Below are positions 49,693-63,582 of a stretch of DNA of 64,000 nucleotides, in pieces. Source of the DNA: Phyllobates terribilis (taxonomy: Eukaryota). The stretch spans positions 1 through 64,000 of the forward strand of contig NW_027366690.1 in NCBI RefSeq assembly GCF_046119375.1, read 5' to 3'. Position 1 is the first letter of the stretch, and each line of letters opens with the position of its first letter. A model generated the notes under the pieces. It had not been told where the DNA came from. It was given only the letters and a program-made list of their open reading frames with translations, and ran no database searches. The translations under genes were made by a program, and so were the position numbers.

Positions 49693-50851
49693 TGTAGGTT
49701 CGTGTTTATTAAGCCACTATTGTTCAACGTCTTCTAAGGTTCATTAAGTCTTAGATGCGCTTTCAAGTATCGAATTACGCTTTAATACTTGGAGATGCGC
49801 TTGACCAGTGTAAGACACTTAGTAATTGATTTACTAAAGTCCTTGAACGCGGAAAAGGTCAGACAACAATAAGAGCGCGCTTTAAGTGTTTAAAGCGCAC
49901 TAAGATTTGCACACAAAGAGTTTTCCAAACGATGAGAGCCCTAAGTCGCTAATTGACTCGGGATAAAACTCACCACTACAATGTATTGATTAGAAGAAGG
50001 TTACAATCTCTCGCTTCAAATCTTTGAAGCTCACTCGTAAACTCTCTCTTTACAATACTTGAGTTCAGCTCTCTAGGACAATGGCACTTCACCTCTCTTG
50101 ATTACAACTGAGTAAACACTTAAGCTCTCCTAGCTTCTCTCTGAATTCCTCACTTTGTAATAGCTAGAGTGAATGCAACAGTCCACTATTTATACACAAA
50201 CCTTAAGCTACAACTCTAACTTAATTTCGTGTAACAAACAAAGACTAAGCGTATTGCCACCTCATTAATCCGTGCGCCTTGATCAGATTGTAAGAAATAA
50301 TCAGCCGCTCAGATTAACTTGGTTTTGTTCTTCCACTTGTTGATGCACACCACCTCAGCAATCCATGTGCATGCACTAACTAACTATCCTCCACGCTGGC
50401 GATCCCTGGTTATGCGTCTCAAAGTCTTCAAGTTCTTCTCACACCTCTTGTGTACTCAACTTGAATTCTCCCGCTCACCAGCCTTCCCTTGCATTTCGGT
50501 AGTTCTCTTCTGCGACAGCGTACACCTTGTGCTATGGTGGAACCTCGTGATCAACACTTCTTCTGCTTCATTCAAGCGCATCTTCTATGCCTTAGAAGCT
50601 CGCCTATACTCACTTCTGGACTTGAATGGGATTATTGAACACTGCTTGCGAAACTTGCTTTCTCCGCTTGGTGTTAAGCGCGACTGAGACCAGTCGAAGC
50701 GCATCTATAAGTGACTTAAGTGCATGCCAGAAGATATTACAATAACCTGGAAAGCTTAAAAACACTAAGAGATTAAACATATTAGTTTGTTATCATCAAA
50801 ACAGAGAGAAATAGATTAAGCTTTAATTAGACTATTAAAACTCAACTAACA
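49693..50851 (-). repeat. 3' LTR of the env-bearing SIRE (1159 bp)
   Basis: About 35 substitutions and about 4 single-base indels versus the 5' LTR (manual count). Confidence 0.95.
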
Positions 50852-51396
50852 ATTTCCCCTTTTTGATGATGAAAAACTGTTAACAGGTAAGCTCATGAAT
50901 ACTTTCAGTAATGATTAAAATGGAGACAATAAACAACAAGTTAATCAAGTATGCAGATTTGGAATTAGATCGAAGTACCTTACCAAGTACTTAACCAACA
51001 CAGTTTTCAAATTCCCCCTAAGTTAAGCATGATCTCATACTTCCCCCTTAATCAAAGAAGGATGGACCTGTTGTCTTCCCCCTTTTGACATCATCAAAAA
51101 AATCAAAAGCATAGTCATACGGTAAGAAAGATAGGAGGGTGCGCTTGCTAGCTAATAAGTCAAACAATGCAGAATAGTGAACAATAAGCAATTTAAGTAG
51201 AGAAGAGTCAAGTCAGCAAAGCTCTCAGAGATTTAAAAATCAAAAGCATACTTCATTGATCATATAAGTCACTGCCACAAAATAGAATGGATAACCTAAC
51301 GAGCTAGTTCACAAAAAACTTAAACAAAGCAGAGAGAGAAAAAGAAATCAGCAAAAGCGCTTAAAAGCGCAACCATCACAACACTTAACAACTACC

Positions 51397-53064
51397 GCCT
51401 TTCTCAGAATCAAACTTCTCCTGAACCATTGTGACCAGCTTCATAATCTGCTCGATCATCACACCCACCTGCTTCTCGACTCGCTCATGCTGCGCTTCAA
51501 GTGAGGCAAAAACACTTGAAAATATGAAGAGCTAGAAGAAGGACGAGCGCGAGGACTGAGCTCGGAGCGCGATGAAGAGGGGTGTGTACGTTCAACTTTA
51601 GGAAGCAGAATAGCACAAATCGCATCAGAAGTAAGAAAAGTAGAGCGGGAATAGTCTGTGAGAGAGCGGTCATAGAGGCCATCAGCCTAGAGCATCTTGC
51701 ACACGATATGAGGGAATGGCAAAGGACTAGAGGTAGTTGCTCGGCAAAGAACTAGGTGACTCATCATTATCTGGGCAGTGTTGATCACCTGGTTCGAAAT
51801 AACATTCGCCATGATACATCAGTCAGAAATGGTTACCTTGTCTCTGTTATAGTCCATCGGTGTAATATTGGTGATAATGAAGTGATGCAGAAGCCTTCGA
51901 CTTGGTTTGAGCATATCTACTGTAAGAGCGCGCTTGGGCACGTCAGGGCCAAAGACGACTTCCTTGATCTGTTTAGAACCGGCAGGGCAATTCTTTTTGT
52001 AAAGACGACCAAACCCATTAGACTGCCCGGTCAAACCAATCGCCTTAGCCAAATCTTTTACCAAGAACGACTCCTTTGAGTTACCTCGCCAATAAAACCA
52101 CACTTGGATGTACTCTGGATTAGCAACTGGACTCCATCGTCGCATAAAATTGATACACCATAGTGTCATTGCATCGCGCTGGTTTCGTTTCCAACTTGTC
52201 CCAACCTTGAAAACTCAGCCAGGTAGCGAAGCGCGTAATATGTGAAGACTCTTTGAGCTCTGTGAGAAGATCTGGAGTCACAATTTCTGGGAACAAGAAA
52301 GCACGCTTAGAAATACCTGATGGAATAGGAGGAAAATCATTAAAGTCGATAACTTTGGCACGCTTAGAGCGGGTAGAAGTGCCTTGCGCTTTCTGCTCTT
52401 GCGGCTCAGGTGGCGGTGACTCGTGCTCAGAGTCGTCAGATGACTCAATTTCCTCAGGGGGAGAAGGAGGAAGTGGGGCCTTGCGCTTACGACTCTTACG
52501 ACGCAAAACATCACTCTCTCGATCAGCTTTCTGAGTCTGTAGAGGCAGTGGAGAATTATGACCTGGACAAGCTTGAATGTGGTAGTTGACCTCGTCATCT
52601 GAGTCAGAGGGGATAGAAGCGAGAAGCTGCTGAGGAGAAGTAAGAGACTGAATACCTGGCCTTGTCTGATCACCTTGTCGTGAAGGAGTTTCAATTTCAA
52701 ACACACCATTACCCTTTGCTGGGGTAGAGTGAGACATGGCAAGAATAGAGGCTTCAGTAGTTGGCAGGCCAAGCTCTTTCTCGACATCATAGCCAGCCAG
52801 TTCCAAGTCTTCGGCTGTGAGTGAAAGATTGACCTTTGGCTCATGAGAGAATAGTGGAGCTACTGGTCTGGTAGGCTTTTTAGTGGGGCTTGGGCTGGGG
52901 CTTTTTGTGAGGAGAGCTGTGTCGGTGGGTTGTGTTTGGGGAGGTTCATCTTGTGAAGCTTGTGTAGAGGTGGACGGACCAGATGTAGAGGACTTTGATT
53001 TGAGAATCAGCTCAACTTGGGCACGGGTAGCTGGGTCAAGCTCGGCAAGGTTAACATTTTCCAT
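51397..53064 (-). pseudogene. SIRE env-like ORF, frameshifted near 52150, with downstream stops
   Basis: ORFs 52120-53064 and 51819-52169 plus a C-terminal coiled-coil-like remnant (SLEAQHERVEKQVGVMIEQIMKLV), located between pol and the PPT. Confidence 0.7.
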
Positions 53065-54021
53065 TGTTGAATTCGGAGTGAAGGTGATGGTGAAGGTTGA
53101 ACGGAGTTTGAGAGAGAGATAGAGGAAAGAGGTAGGAAATAAGGTAAATAGATGAGGAGATAATACCTTGTATTTATAAGCACGCGTTCCCCACTCTCAA
53201 CCGTTCAAACACCCAATCAAAATCAACGGCAGAAGACAAAGTCCAACGATCCAATGGGAACACTGATTTGACGCGCTAGGCTCCCAACGGTCGGAAATGT
53301 AGCCGTTACCCGAAAAAAGCGGAATAGAGCCGTTGACAGCTAATCTTTGCTTCTTAATTAAGGAAACCCAATTCCGAAGGTAATCCAACCAGACGCGCTT
53401 CAAAGCGCAATACTCCTCAACACAGAAATGCGCTACAATACGAAGCTCAACCAATCTCTCTTCTGGCTGAATATTCTGAAGAAGCTCAAAAACTAACTGA
53501 GGCAAATAGATGTAAGAGTGTGATGTCCAGTTCAAATCTCAAACCACAAAGCAAAGAAATTCATGAACATGAAGATGCACATTTCATATAGGGGACATTA
53601 GAGCATTCAATCACTCAAGTTGATGTGGACGTATGTGCATATACATGTAATATGGTAATTGAGCTTTATGCCACCAAATGAATACTTCTCTAATGTGGAG
53701 CTCAATAAAGGACGAGAGAAGCGTTACATCTAGTCAGGCTAAGAAAACCTATGCAATGGATCATTTCTTAGGCATGTAATATGGGTAAAAGACGATCACC
53801 ATTGTCAAGTTTTTGGCAAAGAAGAGCATGCATTGACTGAGATTATATCAAATCGAGCTAAGCAAGTATGACAACTTCAGTACTAATTCATTTTAATGAA
53901 CAACCATAAAGCATGAAAGACTCAAAGCTATCAAGCGCAAGCTACCATAGTTCGTACCTTGATACTAAGCTCGCTAATTCTAGTCAAATAGGGAAATACT
54001 TACAGTTCCATTGCCTCAAAG

Positions 54022-57000
54022 CTAATGGAGTCGCATAAGGCCAAGATGAAACTGAAGGTTTAAGAAGACCTGTCGATTAAGCGCTTTAGTAAAAATATCC
54101 GCTAATTGCCCTTCTGAAGATACGTGAGTAAGCTCGATGTTCTTGCGCTCCACATGATCACGTAGAAAGTGGTGTCGTACATCGATGTGCTTAGTTCGTG
54201 TGTGATGTACTGGGTTCTTGGAGACACAAATTGCGCTGGTATTATCACAATAGATAGTAATAGTGTCGAGATTAATACCGTAGTCAACGAGCTGTTGCTT
54301 TATCCATAGTACTTGAGCACAACATTGTGCTGCGGCTATGTACTCTGCTTCTGTCGTCAAAAGCGCAATACAATTCTGATTCTTGGATCCCCACGATACA
54401 AGACATGGTCCAAGGAACTGTGCCATTCCACTTGTGCTCTTACGGTCTGCTAAATAACCTGCATAATCTGCATCGGTGTAGCCAACAAGAGAAAGACCGC
54501 CTCCTTTGGAGTACCAAAGACATAAATCGTTAGACCCCTTAAGATACCTAAGTATGCGCTTTACGTGAGTAAGGTGAGAAGCGCGAGGGTCTGACTGATA
54601 CGAGCACAAACACTAAGGGCAAAAACAATGTCAGGTCTTGAAGCAGTTAAATACATAAGGGAGCCAACCATACCTCTATACATATTTTGATCTAACTTCT
54701 CAGCCATAAGATCTTTATCCAGTTTTGTAGTGGTTGAGAGAGGTGTAGGACATGGTTTGCTTCCTTCAATTTGATACTTCTTGAGGAGCTCTTTGATGTA
54801 TTTCTGTTGATGTATTTCAATGCCATTTTCCAACTGGTTCACCTGAAGCCCGAGGAAGTACTTGAGCTCACCAATCATGCTCATGCTGAACTTGAGGCTC
54901 ATGGTATTCTTAAAATCTTCTACAAGCTGCAAGTTAGTAGAACCAAAAATAATATCATCAACATATATTTGGACAATAAGGATATCGCCCTTTACTTCCC
55001 TGATAAAGAGGGTCTCGTCCACCAATCCTCTTTGTAGCCATTAGCAAGGAGATACTTCGATAGACAGTCATACCAAGCACGTGGGACTTGCTTAAGACTA
55101 TAAAGCGCCTTGTCTAGGAAGTACACATGATCAGGATAAGCTGGATCTTCAAATCCTGGTGGTTGCTTGACGTACACCTCCTCGTTCAAATCACCATTGA
55201 GGAAAGCGGTCTTCACATCCATTTGAAACAGCTTAAATCCCTTGTGTGCGGCGAAAGCTATCAACAAGCGAATTGCCTCTAGTCGAGCAACTGCTGCGTA
55301 TGTCTCATCATAATCAATGCCTTCTTGTTGATTGTATCCTTGTGCAACAAGTCGAGCTTTGTTACGAACCACCTCTCCACTATCATCCAGTTTGTTCCTG
55401 AATACCCAGTGCGTACCAATAATGCTTCTATCACATGGCTGGGGCACTAGACGCCATACCTGGTTGCGCTTGAACTCTTCTAACTCTTCTTGCATAGCAA
55501 TTATCCAATCTGGATCTTGAAGCGCAACTTGTATGTTCTTTGGTTCCTCTAAAGACACAAAATCACTATAAGCAAGCAAGTTAAGTACGTTAGAGCGAGT
55601 TTGGGTACCTTTTTCGAACTGAGATATGATCGCTGAAAATGGATGGGACTTCATTTGTTGGTAATCCCGCACTGTGACCTCAGTATTATCTAGTAGCTTC
55701 ATCATTGTAGTCTTGGACAAGCTTTTAGTTCCACCAGATTGGTCACTTGGTCCCACTTGAGGACTCTCAGGTTGCGCTTGACCGTTGCTAGTTCCCGCTT
55801 GAGAGCTAGAAGGTCCAGCTAAAGTAACTGAGGGTGTTACCTGACCTGAGCGAGATGATGAAGGTGTAGCTTGATCATTGTTGAATGGACCACTTCCTTG
55901 ATCTATATTCTGAGTGTTGTCCTCTGGAATAGCTTCGTCACTTGGATTGCCTTCTTCTTCAGCCGAAGGTTTGAGAAGCGCAACCACCACAATCGTCATC
56001 ATCACTTTCTATACCTGTGGAAGTCGTAGAAGGTGGAGCTTGAGGAATGTGTGGAGAAGCTGGAGGTAGATCAGGACTAACAAATGGATCGTCAATCATT
56101 TCTTCAATGCTATCAAGTTTTCCTTCATCAAATTTCACATGGATACTATCTTCTTCCCTCTGAGTCCTCAGGTTGAGCACTCTATACCCCTTGTTAGCTG
56201 GAGCATAACCTAGAAAGATAGCATCGCCGTTCCTAGCATCAAATTTACCCAAGAGATCCTTCCCATTGTTATTGACGTAACACTTGCAACCAAACACTCG
56301 TAAGTGAGAGATATTAGTGTACGTCCTTTGAGCAACTCGTATGGGGTTTTCTCTAGGATAGGCCTTAACAAGGCTCGGTTAGTAATATAACACACTGCTC
56401 ACAGCTTGTGCCCAATAGTATGAAAGCGACACCACTAGAGAGTAGCATTGTGCGTTCCATCTCTTGTAGAGTCCTATTCTTGCGCTCAACAACTCCATTT
56501 TGCTCAAGGGTTCTAGGAATAGAAAAATTATGATCTATACCCCCTTTCATCACAAAATGATAAGAACTCTCCATTCTTAAATTAGGTTCCATTGTCAGAA
56601 CAAATTGAACAAATGGGGAGCCCCAGACTCTTTTCTAAGAAAAGCGCATGAGTACGAAACGTTGCAAAGGTTTCGCTCTTGTCTTTTAAGAAGAGAGTCC
56701 ATGTGTAGCGAGAATAGTCATCAACTATGACAAAAATGTAGCGATTACCTCCCTTACTCTGAGTACGTAGTGGTCCACATAGGTCCATGTGGAGAAGCTC
56801 TAGAGGAGCTTTGGTTTGCACTACCTTAATAGATGGAAAGGAGCTTCTTGTCGCTTTGGACTTTGAGCAATCTGAGAAAGAAGTCATGGATTTCACTTTG
56901 ATGCGGGGAAGACCACGTACCAGTTCTTTGGACTGAAGCTTGTTGAGTAGATGTAGACTAGCGTGTCCCATTCTCTTGTGCCAAAGACTGGTCGTTTCTT

Positions 57001-59422
57001 CGAGTGTAGCGAGACATAGGTTGCGCTTGGGAGAGAAGGAGTGATCGAACAGATATGTATTATTAATGCGCTTACCCTTTAGAAGTATCTCTTGATCAGG
57101 GCTGAACATTGCACATTCACTTGTGTTGAACCATACCTTGTTTCCCCCTTGGTCGCACAACTGAGCTACACTGAGTAAATTGTATTTGAGGCTTTCTACT
57201 AAGTTCACATCTTTGATCTGGATTGACTTGTTCAGATGTGCGCTGCCTCGAGCCTTGATTATTCCCTGCTTCTTGTCACTGAAGGAGACGCTGCCTCCCT
57301 CTTTAGCTTGAAATGAGAGTAGTAATGTTGGATCGCCCGTCATATGACACGAACATCCGTTGTCGACATACCACCTACTCTGCATTCCAACCTGCAAGCG
57401 AAGAAATCAAGCTTTGATCTCCCAACGAAGCTTGCGCTTCAAGGGAATATTAGACATAGCTATTCCTGAGCTGGTCTTTTGGACTGGCTCATAATAGCTA
57501 GGATCGTTCAAATCTAGCACTAGATGAGGTCTCGCTTCACGAATCGCAGCTCTGTGTGCTGAAGCGCCATTGTTCTCGACAGGTGAATGTCGACGACGTG
57601 TGCGCTTACCCTCAGATTTAGCCATTGGCTTATAGGGCTTGTTTTTTAGGCCTTTTAGTTCCTCACACTCATGCATATCGTGTCCATTTTTACCACAAAA
57701 AGTGCATTGATGGTTACCTCTCACGTAACCATACTTCCCTTTTCTTGGTCTAACGGTGCTTTCTTTTCAAGTTTCATAGGCTGAGCTGGGGTGCGTGCTT
57801 GTTTTTTATACAAGTGATGCGCTTTTTTCCCATGAAACCACTCTTTGGTTTCGGATGGTTGTTCCTCAAGGACATTGATTCTGCTTTTCAAATGAGAGTT
57901 TTCACTCTTGTAGGCAGTCAAGTCTTGTTCAAGTGACTAAGCTTTTCAGAGTAGTCACTTGTTTGAGGAAAGCTGGTATAAGAAGAAGACTCCTGGGGGG
58001 TCATAGCCCAGTCCAGGTCTAGCTTTGACAAAAACTGTTTGAGAAACAGTCCTTGCCTCTACTAGTTAGTCAGGTCGTCTAGCTTGGAAATGATTTGATC
58101 AAGCTTTACGTCCTTAGTTGAGTCAGAGTTTCTTTCCAACCCATTTCCATGACAGCGCTCACAAGATTTAGAGAGAAGTTTGGGCCTGTCATGCAAACGT
58201 TTGGAAAGCTCAACTATTACTTCTTTTTTAGAATTTAGTTCAACCAACTATTCTCTAGCTTCAGTAGCTAGAGACTTATGTTCAACCATTAATTCTCTTA
58301 AAAGGAAAATGAGGTTGCGCTTAGGTAAAATGTCAAGATTTAGATTCGCTACCTCAATTACAGAACCAGAGTCTGAATCGGATCCTTCACCAACCATTAA
58401 GCAAACATCTGTTTGCGCTCCATCTTCAGAATCTTCGTCTGATTCTCCCCAAAGTGTAACAAAGGCTTGTTTAGGGGGCTGCTTGGAGCTGGAGCTTGCG
58501 CTTGGATTTACCTTGGCATGAGGACACGCCTTGGCTAGATGTCCTTTCTTGTTTCAGTTAAAGCATGTAAAGTCTCGGACATCGCGTTGCTTGGTGGTAG
58601 GATCGCGCTGCTTGAATCCACCTTGTCTCTTAAAGAATTTCTTCACTACCTTGGTCATCATGGAGACATCTCTATCATCATCATCGTCCCCTTCGTCATC
58701 ATTCTCTAGTTCTGGAGGACGCGTGAGAGCTTGAGCGCCATGCCCTTGGTTTCTCGTTCTGAGATTTTCTATTCATTGTTCTTGATTTCTTATACCTTGA
58801 AATTTCCTGCAAGCATGGAAATAGGCAATTCTCGAGTCGCTTTTGATTGGAGAAGAATCTGCTTGAGAGTCGCGTACTTAGAATTCACCCCATGGATGAA
58901 TGCCATAGAGTACTCCCAAGCCTTCTTTTCCATTCCAGCGGATAGCATTTTGTCATAAAGAATTTGACATCAAGAATGATAGTCAGATACAAGCTCATTT
59001 TCTCCCATTTTAATGGAGCAAAATTCACGATTCAGCTCAAATAACCTGTTGTCCTTCATATCTTCACTACCTGAGTGCATGTTGATGATGGTTGTCCACA
59101 TCTCTTTAGCAGTAGGAAGGGACATTACCTTATCAATGTCTTTACGGGAAAGTGCATTTAGGATGAGCTGACGCGCTTTGGCATTCTTCTCCATTAGTTG
59201 GTACTCCTTGGCTTCCCATTTGGAGTCATCTTTGTCAGAAATTATCTCATCTCCCTTGTCGATGATTTTCCAGCACTGATAATCTGTTTGCTGGATGTAA
59301 TTCCTTGTCATCGTTAGCCACCACTCCAATTCACCTTCAATGAGTACATGGGGCTTTGCGAGAGAGATTCCGAGGTTGAAGTTTGATATGTTCTTACTCT
59401 TCAAAATCCTTATGATCTGCAA
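54022..59422 (-). pseudogene. SIRE gag-pol, multiply frameshifted
   Basis: [46 protein letters not shown] and KHIDVRHHFLRDHV are spread over several frames. Confidence 0.9.
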
Positions 59423-59454
59423 AAAGGATTAGTGCAAAAATAGGCAAACCTGAG

Positions 59455-59466
59455 GCTCTGATACCA
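59455..59466 (-). other. PBS (tRNA-iMet)
   Basis: gctctgatacca, two bases from the 5' LTR end. Confidence 0.95.
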
Positions 59467-59468
59467 AT

Positions 59469-60629
59469 TGTAGGTTCGTGTTTATTAAGCCACTATTGTT
59501 CAACATCTTCTAAGGTTCATTAAGTCTTAGATGCGCTTCTCAAGTATCGAATTGCGCTTTAATACTTGGAGATGCGCTTGACCAGTGTAAGACACTTAGT
59601 AATTGATTTACTAAAGTCCTTGAACGCGGAAAAGGTCAGACAACAATAAGAGCGCGCTTTAAGTGTTTAAAGCGCACTAAGATTTGCACACAAAGAGTTT
59701 TCCAAACGGTGAGAACCCTAAGTCGCTAATTGACTCGGGATAAAGCTCACCACTACAATGTATTGATTAGAAGAAGGTTACAATCTCTTGCTTCAAATCT
59801 TTGAAGCTCACTCGTAAACTCTCTCTTTACATTACTTGAGTTCAACTCTCTAGAACAATGGCACTTCACCTCTCTTGATTACAACTGAGTAAACAATTAA
59901 GCTCTCCTAGCTTCTCTCTGAATTCCTCACTTCGTAATAGCTAGAGTGAATGCAACAGTCCACTATTTATACACAAACCTTAAGCTACAACTCTAACTTA
60001 ATTTCGTGTAACAAAAAAAGACTAAGCATATTGCCACCTCATTCATCTGTGCGCCTTGATCAGATTGTAAGAAATAATCAGCCGCTCAGATTAACTTGGT
60101 TTTGTTCTTTCACTTGTTGATGCACGCCACCTCAGCAATCTGTGTGCATGCGCTAACTAATTATCCTCCACTCTGACGATCCCTGGGTTATGCGTCTCAA
60201 AGTCTTCAAGTTCTTCTTACACCTCTTGTGTACTCAACTTGAATTCTCCGCGCTCACCAACCTTCCCTTGCATTTCGGTAGTTCTCTTCTGCGACAGCGT
60301 ACACCTTATGCTATGGTGGAACCTCGTGATCAACACTTCTTCCGCTTCATTCAAGCGCATCTTCTATGCCTTAGAAGCTCGCCTATACTCACTTCTGGAC
60401 TTGAATGGGATTATTGAACACCGCTTGCGAAACTTGCTTTCTCCGCTTGGTGTTAAGCGCGACTGAGAACAGTTGAAGCGCATCTCTAAGTGACTTAAGC
60501 GCATGCCAGAAGATATTACAATAACCTGGAAAGCTTAAAAACACTAATAGATTAAACATATTAGTTTGTTATCATCAAACAAAGAGAAATAGATTAAGCT
60601 TTAATAAGACTATTAAAGCTCAACTAACA
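59469..60629 (-). repeat. 5' LTR of the env-bearing SIRE (1161 bp)
   Basis: TGTTAGTTGAG...GAACCTACA on the minus strand. Confidence 0.95.
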
Positions 60630-61803
60630 GGCTCTCAGCACATTTTCCTTGCGGATCTGCATTACTTCTGAGAGGAGTCTTATTTGGTTTCCTAACAAAA
60701 GTAGTCATGGATTCTCCTCTTTTATGAGGTCTTTTAATTTCATCTTTCCTTGTCACATTCACTTGATCTCTACTCGTGCTTGCTTGACATCGAGCTAATT
60801 GTCGTTCAACGTTACAAAATTTTGATACTAGAGCGTCTAAGGATTGAGGCTCGGCACTTACAACATGCACAACTAGTTCTGGTATTAAATTAGTTGTGCA
60901 TATTTGGACCCAAGCTTCCTCACTTAACTTCTTTGAACATTGAAGTCTTAAACTTATCCATCTAGCAATGAAGTCATTCGCAGACTCGTTTGGCTTTTGA
61001 AGGGAGTTTTCTAGGTCCATAATGGAAACCTTTGCATTTGAGCTCACGAGCTGAGCCAAGAATTCCCTTTGAAGATCATCTCATGTTTGAATTGAACTTG
61101 GTTGGAGTTGTGTATACCAAGTAAAGGATGATCCTTTTAAAAATTGGAAAATTGCCTTTTAAGTAAGGCGTCACTTAGAGTCTTCTCACCACATGCCAAG
61201 TAGAAGTGGGAAAGATGCTCATTAGGTGATCCATGAAGTCCATTAAACTTGTCAAAGTTTGGTCTTTGATAACCAGCGGGAAATAAAACTTCATCAAACT
61301 GAATGGGATATGGCTTTCTATATCCAAGTACATGTGGATTTTGTGATATTTGAAACTCACGTACCCCTTGAGCAATCAAATCTTTGATTTCCTGAGGAGT
61401 AATAGATGAGCTATTGGCCGGAGTTTTATCATTTGTCCTCACTTGCTCTTCTCGACTTTCTTGTACTCGATTTTGAGTGATAAGAGTAGCAATCTGACAT
61501 CTTTTTCAATGAGTCTCCTTTGCAGCTCTTGAAGTTGCTCTTCGAGCTCTGAAATTTCAGTTACCAATACCGGCATATTTTCCAACTAGTCCTGGGAGGT
61601 ATCACCTCCTTCTCCACATCCTATGAACACATGAGGAAAGTCCTCCTCACAAAAAAGAGCATCAAGATCTCCATATATTGGAGACTCCACCGGTTCTCCC
61701 ACTACCATCTATATGCTTGTTTCAATAGTTGGTGGTGGAGATGGTGATTGTGATACAATGCTTGCATTAGACATGTGTTTAGATCGATCTTTTAATCACA
61801 CCA

Positions 61804-62572
61804 TTATAAGCTTGCAACCCCTCTGATCACGAAATCGCACTCATTTCCTTTGATGGATGGCCCCCTCTTCTTTTTCGTTGGAACCTCCTTGACTTGAGTG
61901 ACAAGTTTATCTCCTTCATCGCTTTGAGTTAACTCTTCATTGTCCTTTGATTTCTTTAAGACTTGGATCTTGGGATTTTCTGCTTGAACCTCTGCATCAG
62001 CATAAGAGGTCACACATACTTTCTCAAACTTGGCCAAGTATATAGGATGAGACTCTATGACGTTTTTTCCTGGAACAACAACCTTTGAGCTATTCAATTC
62101 CCTTTTGTGGAACAAAGATGTCTCTTGCATCCCTTGAAAGAGTTGTAGCTTGAGCTAGAGCGGGGGAACGAGCCAACTTGCGAAGTGTCTCGTCTTGAGA
62201 ATGCTTTGAACCACTCTTACGTGCTCTTCTCTTCTTGGGTTTTTTGGCCTTCTTGGCACCGAGAAGTGGGACGGGACTTGCATTAGACTTGACCTTCTTC
62301 TTCACTAAACAGATGAAAGGTCCTTGAGAACTCCTAGTCTTGGGCTTTATGCCATTAGCACTAGGAACATTTTGGTCTTCCAAGAGTTTAAGAGGCTTAA
62401 AGCCGTTCTCCAACGGGATCTCACGTATTGCATTTCCTGTGATATCGAAGACCGCAGAAAAGGACTTGCAGCGGATCCAACGACCTCCCTTGATGACGAA
62501 GGTAGCGGGCAGCGCATTGAAATTCACAGTAGCCCTTGATGTCATGTTTCTCCTTATCATATAGATGATCAA
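61804..62572 (-). pseudogene. Ogre ORF1 (extra ORF upstream of gag), frameshifted
   Basis: ORFs 62090-62572 and 61804-62130 lie directly after the PBS and before gag, which is the Ogre-diagnostic position. Confidence 0.6.
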
Positions 62573-62615
62573 ATATTAGTAAATGCATAACTTAAAGATG
62601 AAAAAGAAAGAAAAG

Positions 62616-62633
62616 GTCCCACCGAGCGTGCGA
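62616..62633 (-). other. PBS (tRNA-Arg type) of the Ogre element
   Basis: Minus strand TCGCACGCTCGGTGGGAC after the LTR end TCAACA+tatttt. Confidence 0.7.
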
Positions 62634-62639
62634 AAAATA

Positions 62640-63498
62640 TGTTGAACAAAAATGTACAAAAATCATAAAACACATTTTAATTATTTTATTGTAGTTTGAC
62701 TTCTCCTTTTTTCCCTTTTTATTAAAAGTTATACAAATACCGAGATTTGCGCATTTTAATAATTCGGATTGCACTAGAGTTTTTTACGAGCTGTCTACGT
62801 ATCTCTTTGAAGAGAATCAAGCCTCACGTAGTTCAGAGTATTTTAAATTTTACGTACATCATCGGTTTAAATTAATACCCACCTTCTAGGAAGGGTAGCC
62901 TAAACGCAAATCAAATATCACTTGTATGCCGTGAATAAAATCAAACTCACCTTTTAGGAAGGGTCGTCTAATTTATCCCCTATTTTAGTTGAATTATGAT
63001 TCTGGGTTTATTTATTATTTTCTTTTCTTTTTATGAATTTTGTAATTGAACCCGGAAAATATATTTTTTTATCGAGCTTCATACGTACCATCTTAAGAGA
63101 GATCAAATCAACTGTATTTCTAAAAAGAACGGTTCAAATTTTATAACTTTAAATTTGAGTGTGACTGAATTCGATACTCGTTTATGAGTTTTGGTTTTAA
63201 GACAAATTTTCTATTTATCCGTTTCAATACGGCGTCAAGTTAATGTGATTCTTTTTTTTAAAATCTTTTCTATAAAATATTTAGTTTTAGTTTTCGAGTC
63301 ATGATTGAACCCGAAAAGCGATGACTTTATATCGAGTTTTCGACGTACCATTTTAAATAGAGGGCCCACTTTTATGGAGGATTCAAATTTAAGTAGTTAA
63401 AATCTTGTTTTTATGGAGATAATTTTTTTATAATTTTGGGCTTAATTTGCTTATATATATATATATATTTGAATAAAGGAAAAAATTAGGGGGCTACA
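62640..63498 (-). repeat. Ogre 5' LTR (~860 bp)
   Basis: TGTAGCCCCC...TCAACA termini next to the PBS. Confidence 0.7.
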
Positions 63499-63582
63499 CA
63501 GATCTTGACGATAGCCGCCCTAGAGCATCCTCACGGATGAGAGTCAACAACTCTAGATCCTCCCTCCAGACCCTTCGCTCAT

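Larger units (their letters stand above)
49693..60629 (-). mobile_element. Full-length SIRE Ty1/copia element with env-like ORF, 10.9 kb
   Basis: LTRs 49693-50851 and 59469-60629, perfect TSD GGCTC (49688-49692 and 60630-60634), PBS 59455-59466, PPT 50852-50864, gag-pol 54022-59422 and an additional ORF 3' of pol. Confidence 0.96.
47928..63498 (-). mobile_element. Ogre-like gypsy element (LTR, PBS-Arg, ORF1, gag, protease), split by a SIRE insertion and truncated after PR
   Basis: LTR 62640-63498, PBS resembling TGGCACGCCCGGTGGGAC, an extra ORF1, and gag (QKPNESANDFIARW; FDKFNGLHGSPNEHL). The gag frame resumes left of the GGCTC TSD and leads to protease (IQGFNHVG...FHVIDVNTSY). Confidence 0.8.
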
